A DNA stretch of 64,000 bases, from the NCBI GenBank assembly GCA_013265495.1, contig MU058065.1, positions 5,516,302 to 5,580,301 of the forward strand. The letters run 5' to 3'. The position numbers were made by a program, and so were the translations under genes. The notes beneath the pieces were generated by a model. It did not search any database. It saw nothing but the letters and a program-made list of their open reading frames with translations, and was not told where the DNA came from. The DNA is from Vicugna vicugna (taxonomy: Eukaryota). This document shows positions 63,888-64,000 of this stretch, one piece after another. Positions within the stretch are counted from its first letter, which is position 1; every line of letters begins with the position of its first letter.

Positions 63888-64000
63888 ACTGTGTTAGTTG
63901 TTCATTGACGTCAAAAAACAAACATTTTTTATTCCACAGTTTCTATGGGTCGAGACTGGGGAAGAAGGTTAGCTGAGTGGGTCTGGCGCAGGGTCTCTCA
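63888..64000 (-). mobile_element. MaLR LTR (MLT1-type), runs off window end
   Basis: tgtgttagtt...aaacaaacattt...cacagtttctatgggtc...ttagctgagtgg..ctgg...agggtctctca. Confidence 0.55.

Noticed and set aside
1..64000. Naming the host gene or locus
   Set aside because: No recognisable exon; identification requires alignment to an annotated genome.

Overview
Mammalian (eutherian) non-coding genomic DNA, intergenic or inside a very long intron. I found no protein-coding exon, RNA gene, processed pseudogene or prokaryotic-type element. The listed ORFs trace to repeats, microsatellites or chance. The window is a dense mosaic of ancient repeats (MIR, L2, L3/CR1, L1MB/MC/ME, MLT1 and ERVL LTRs, MER5/MER20/MER104/MER115, a Tigger-like element) plus younger cetartiodactyl-type L1 3' ends and a complete MER34-like solo LTR with target-site duplication. 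The L1 3' UTR style, and the apparent absence of Alu, B1/B2, Bov-A/BovB/CHR, PRE-1, SINEC or ERE SINEs, suggest a camelid genome (inference). Repeat family names come from recalled consensus sequences, not a database search, and most repeat boundaries are approximate. I cannot support a claim of a new biological system. Best leads: (i) a polypyrimidine-AG-CTAG-GTAAG recursive-splice/microexon-like site at ~11.75 kb plus several + strand non-coding exon candidates; (ii) a GC-box+TATA promoter-like site at ~16.0 kb; (iii) a small CpG-rich, Z-DNA-prone patch at ~55.2 kb; (iv) an L1 whose 3' UTR is interrupted by ~575 bp of apparently older, MIR-containing DNA; (v) enhancer-like motif clusters and CTCF-like sites.
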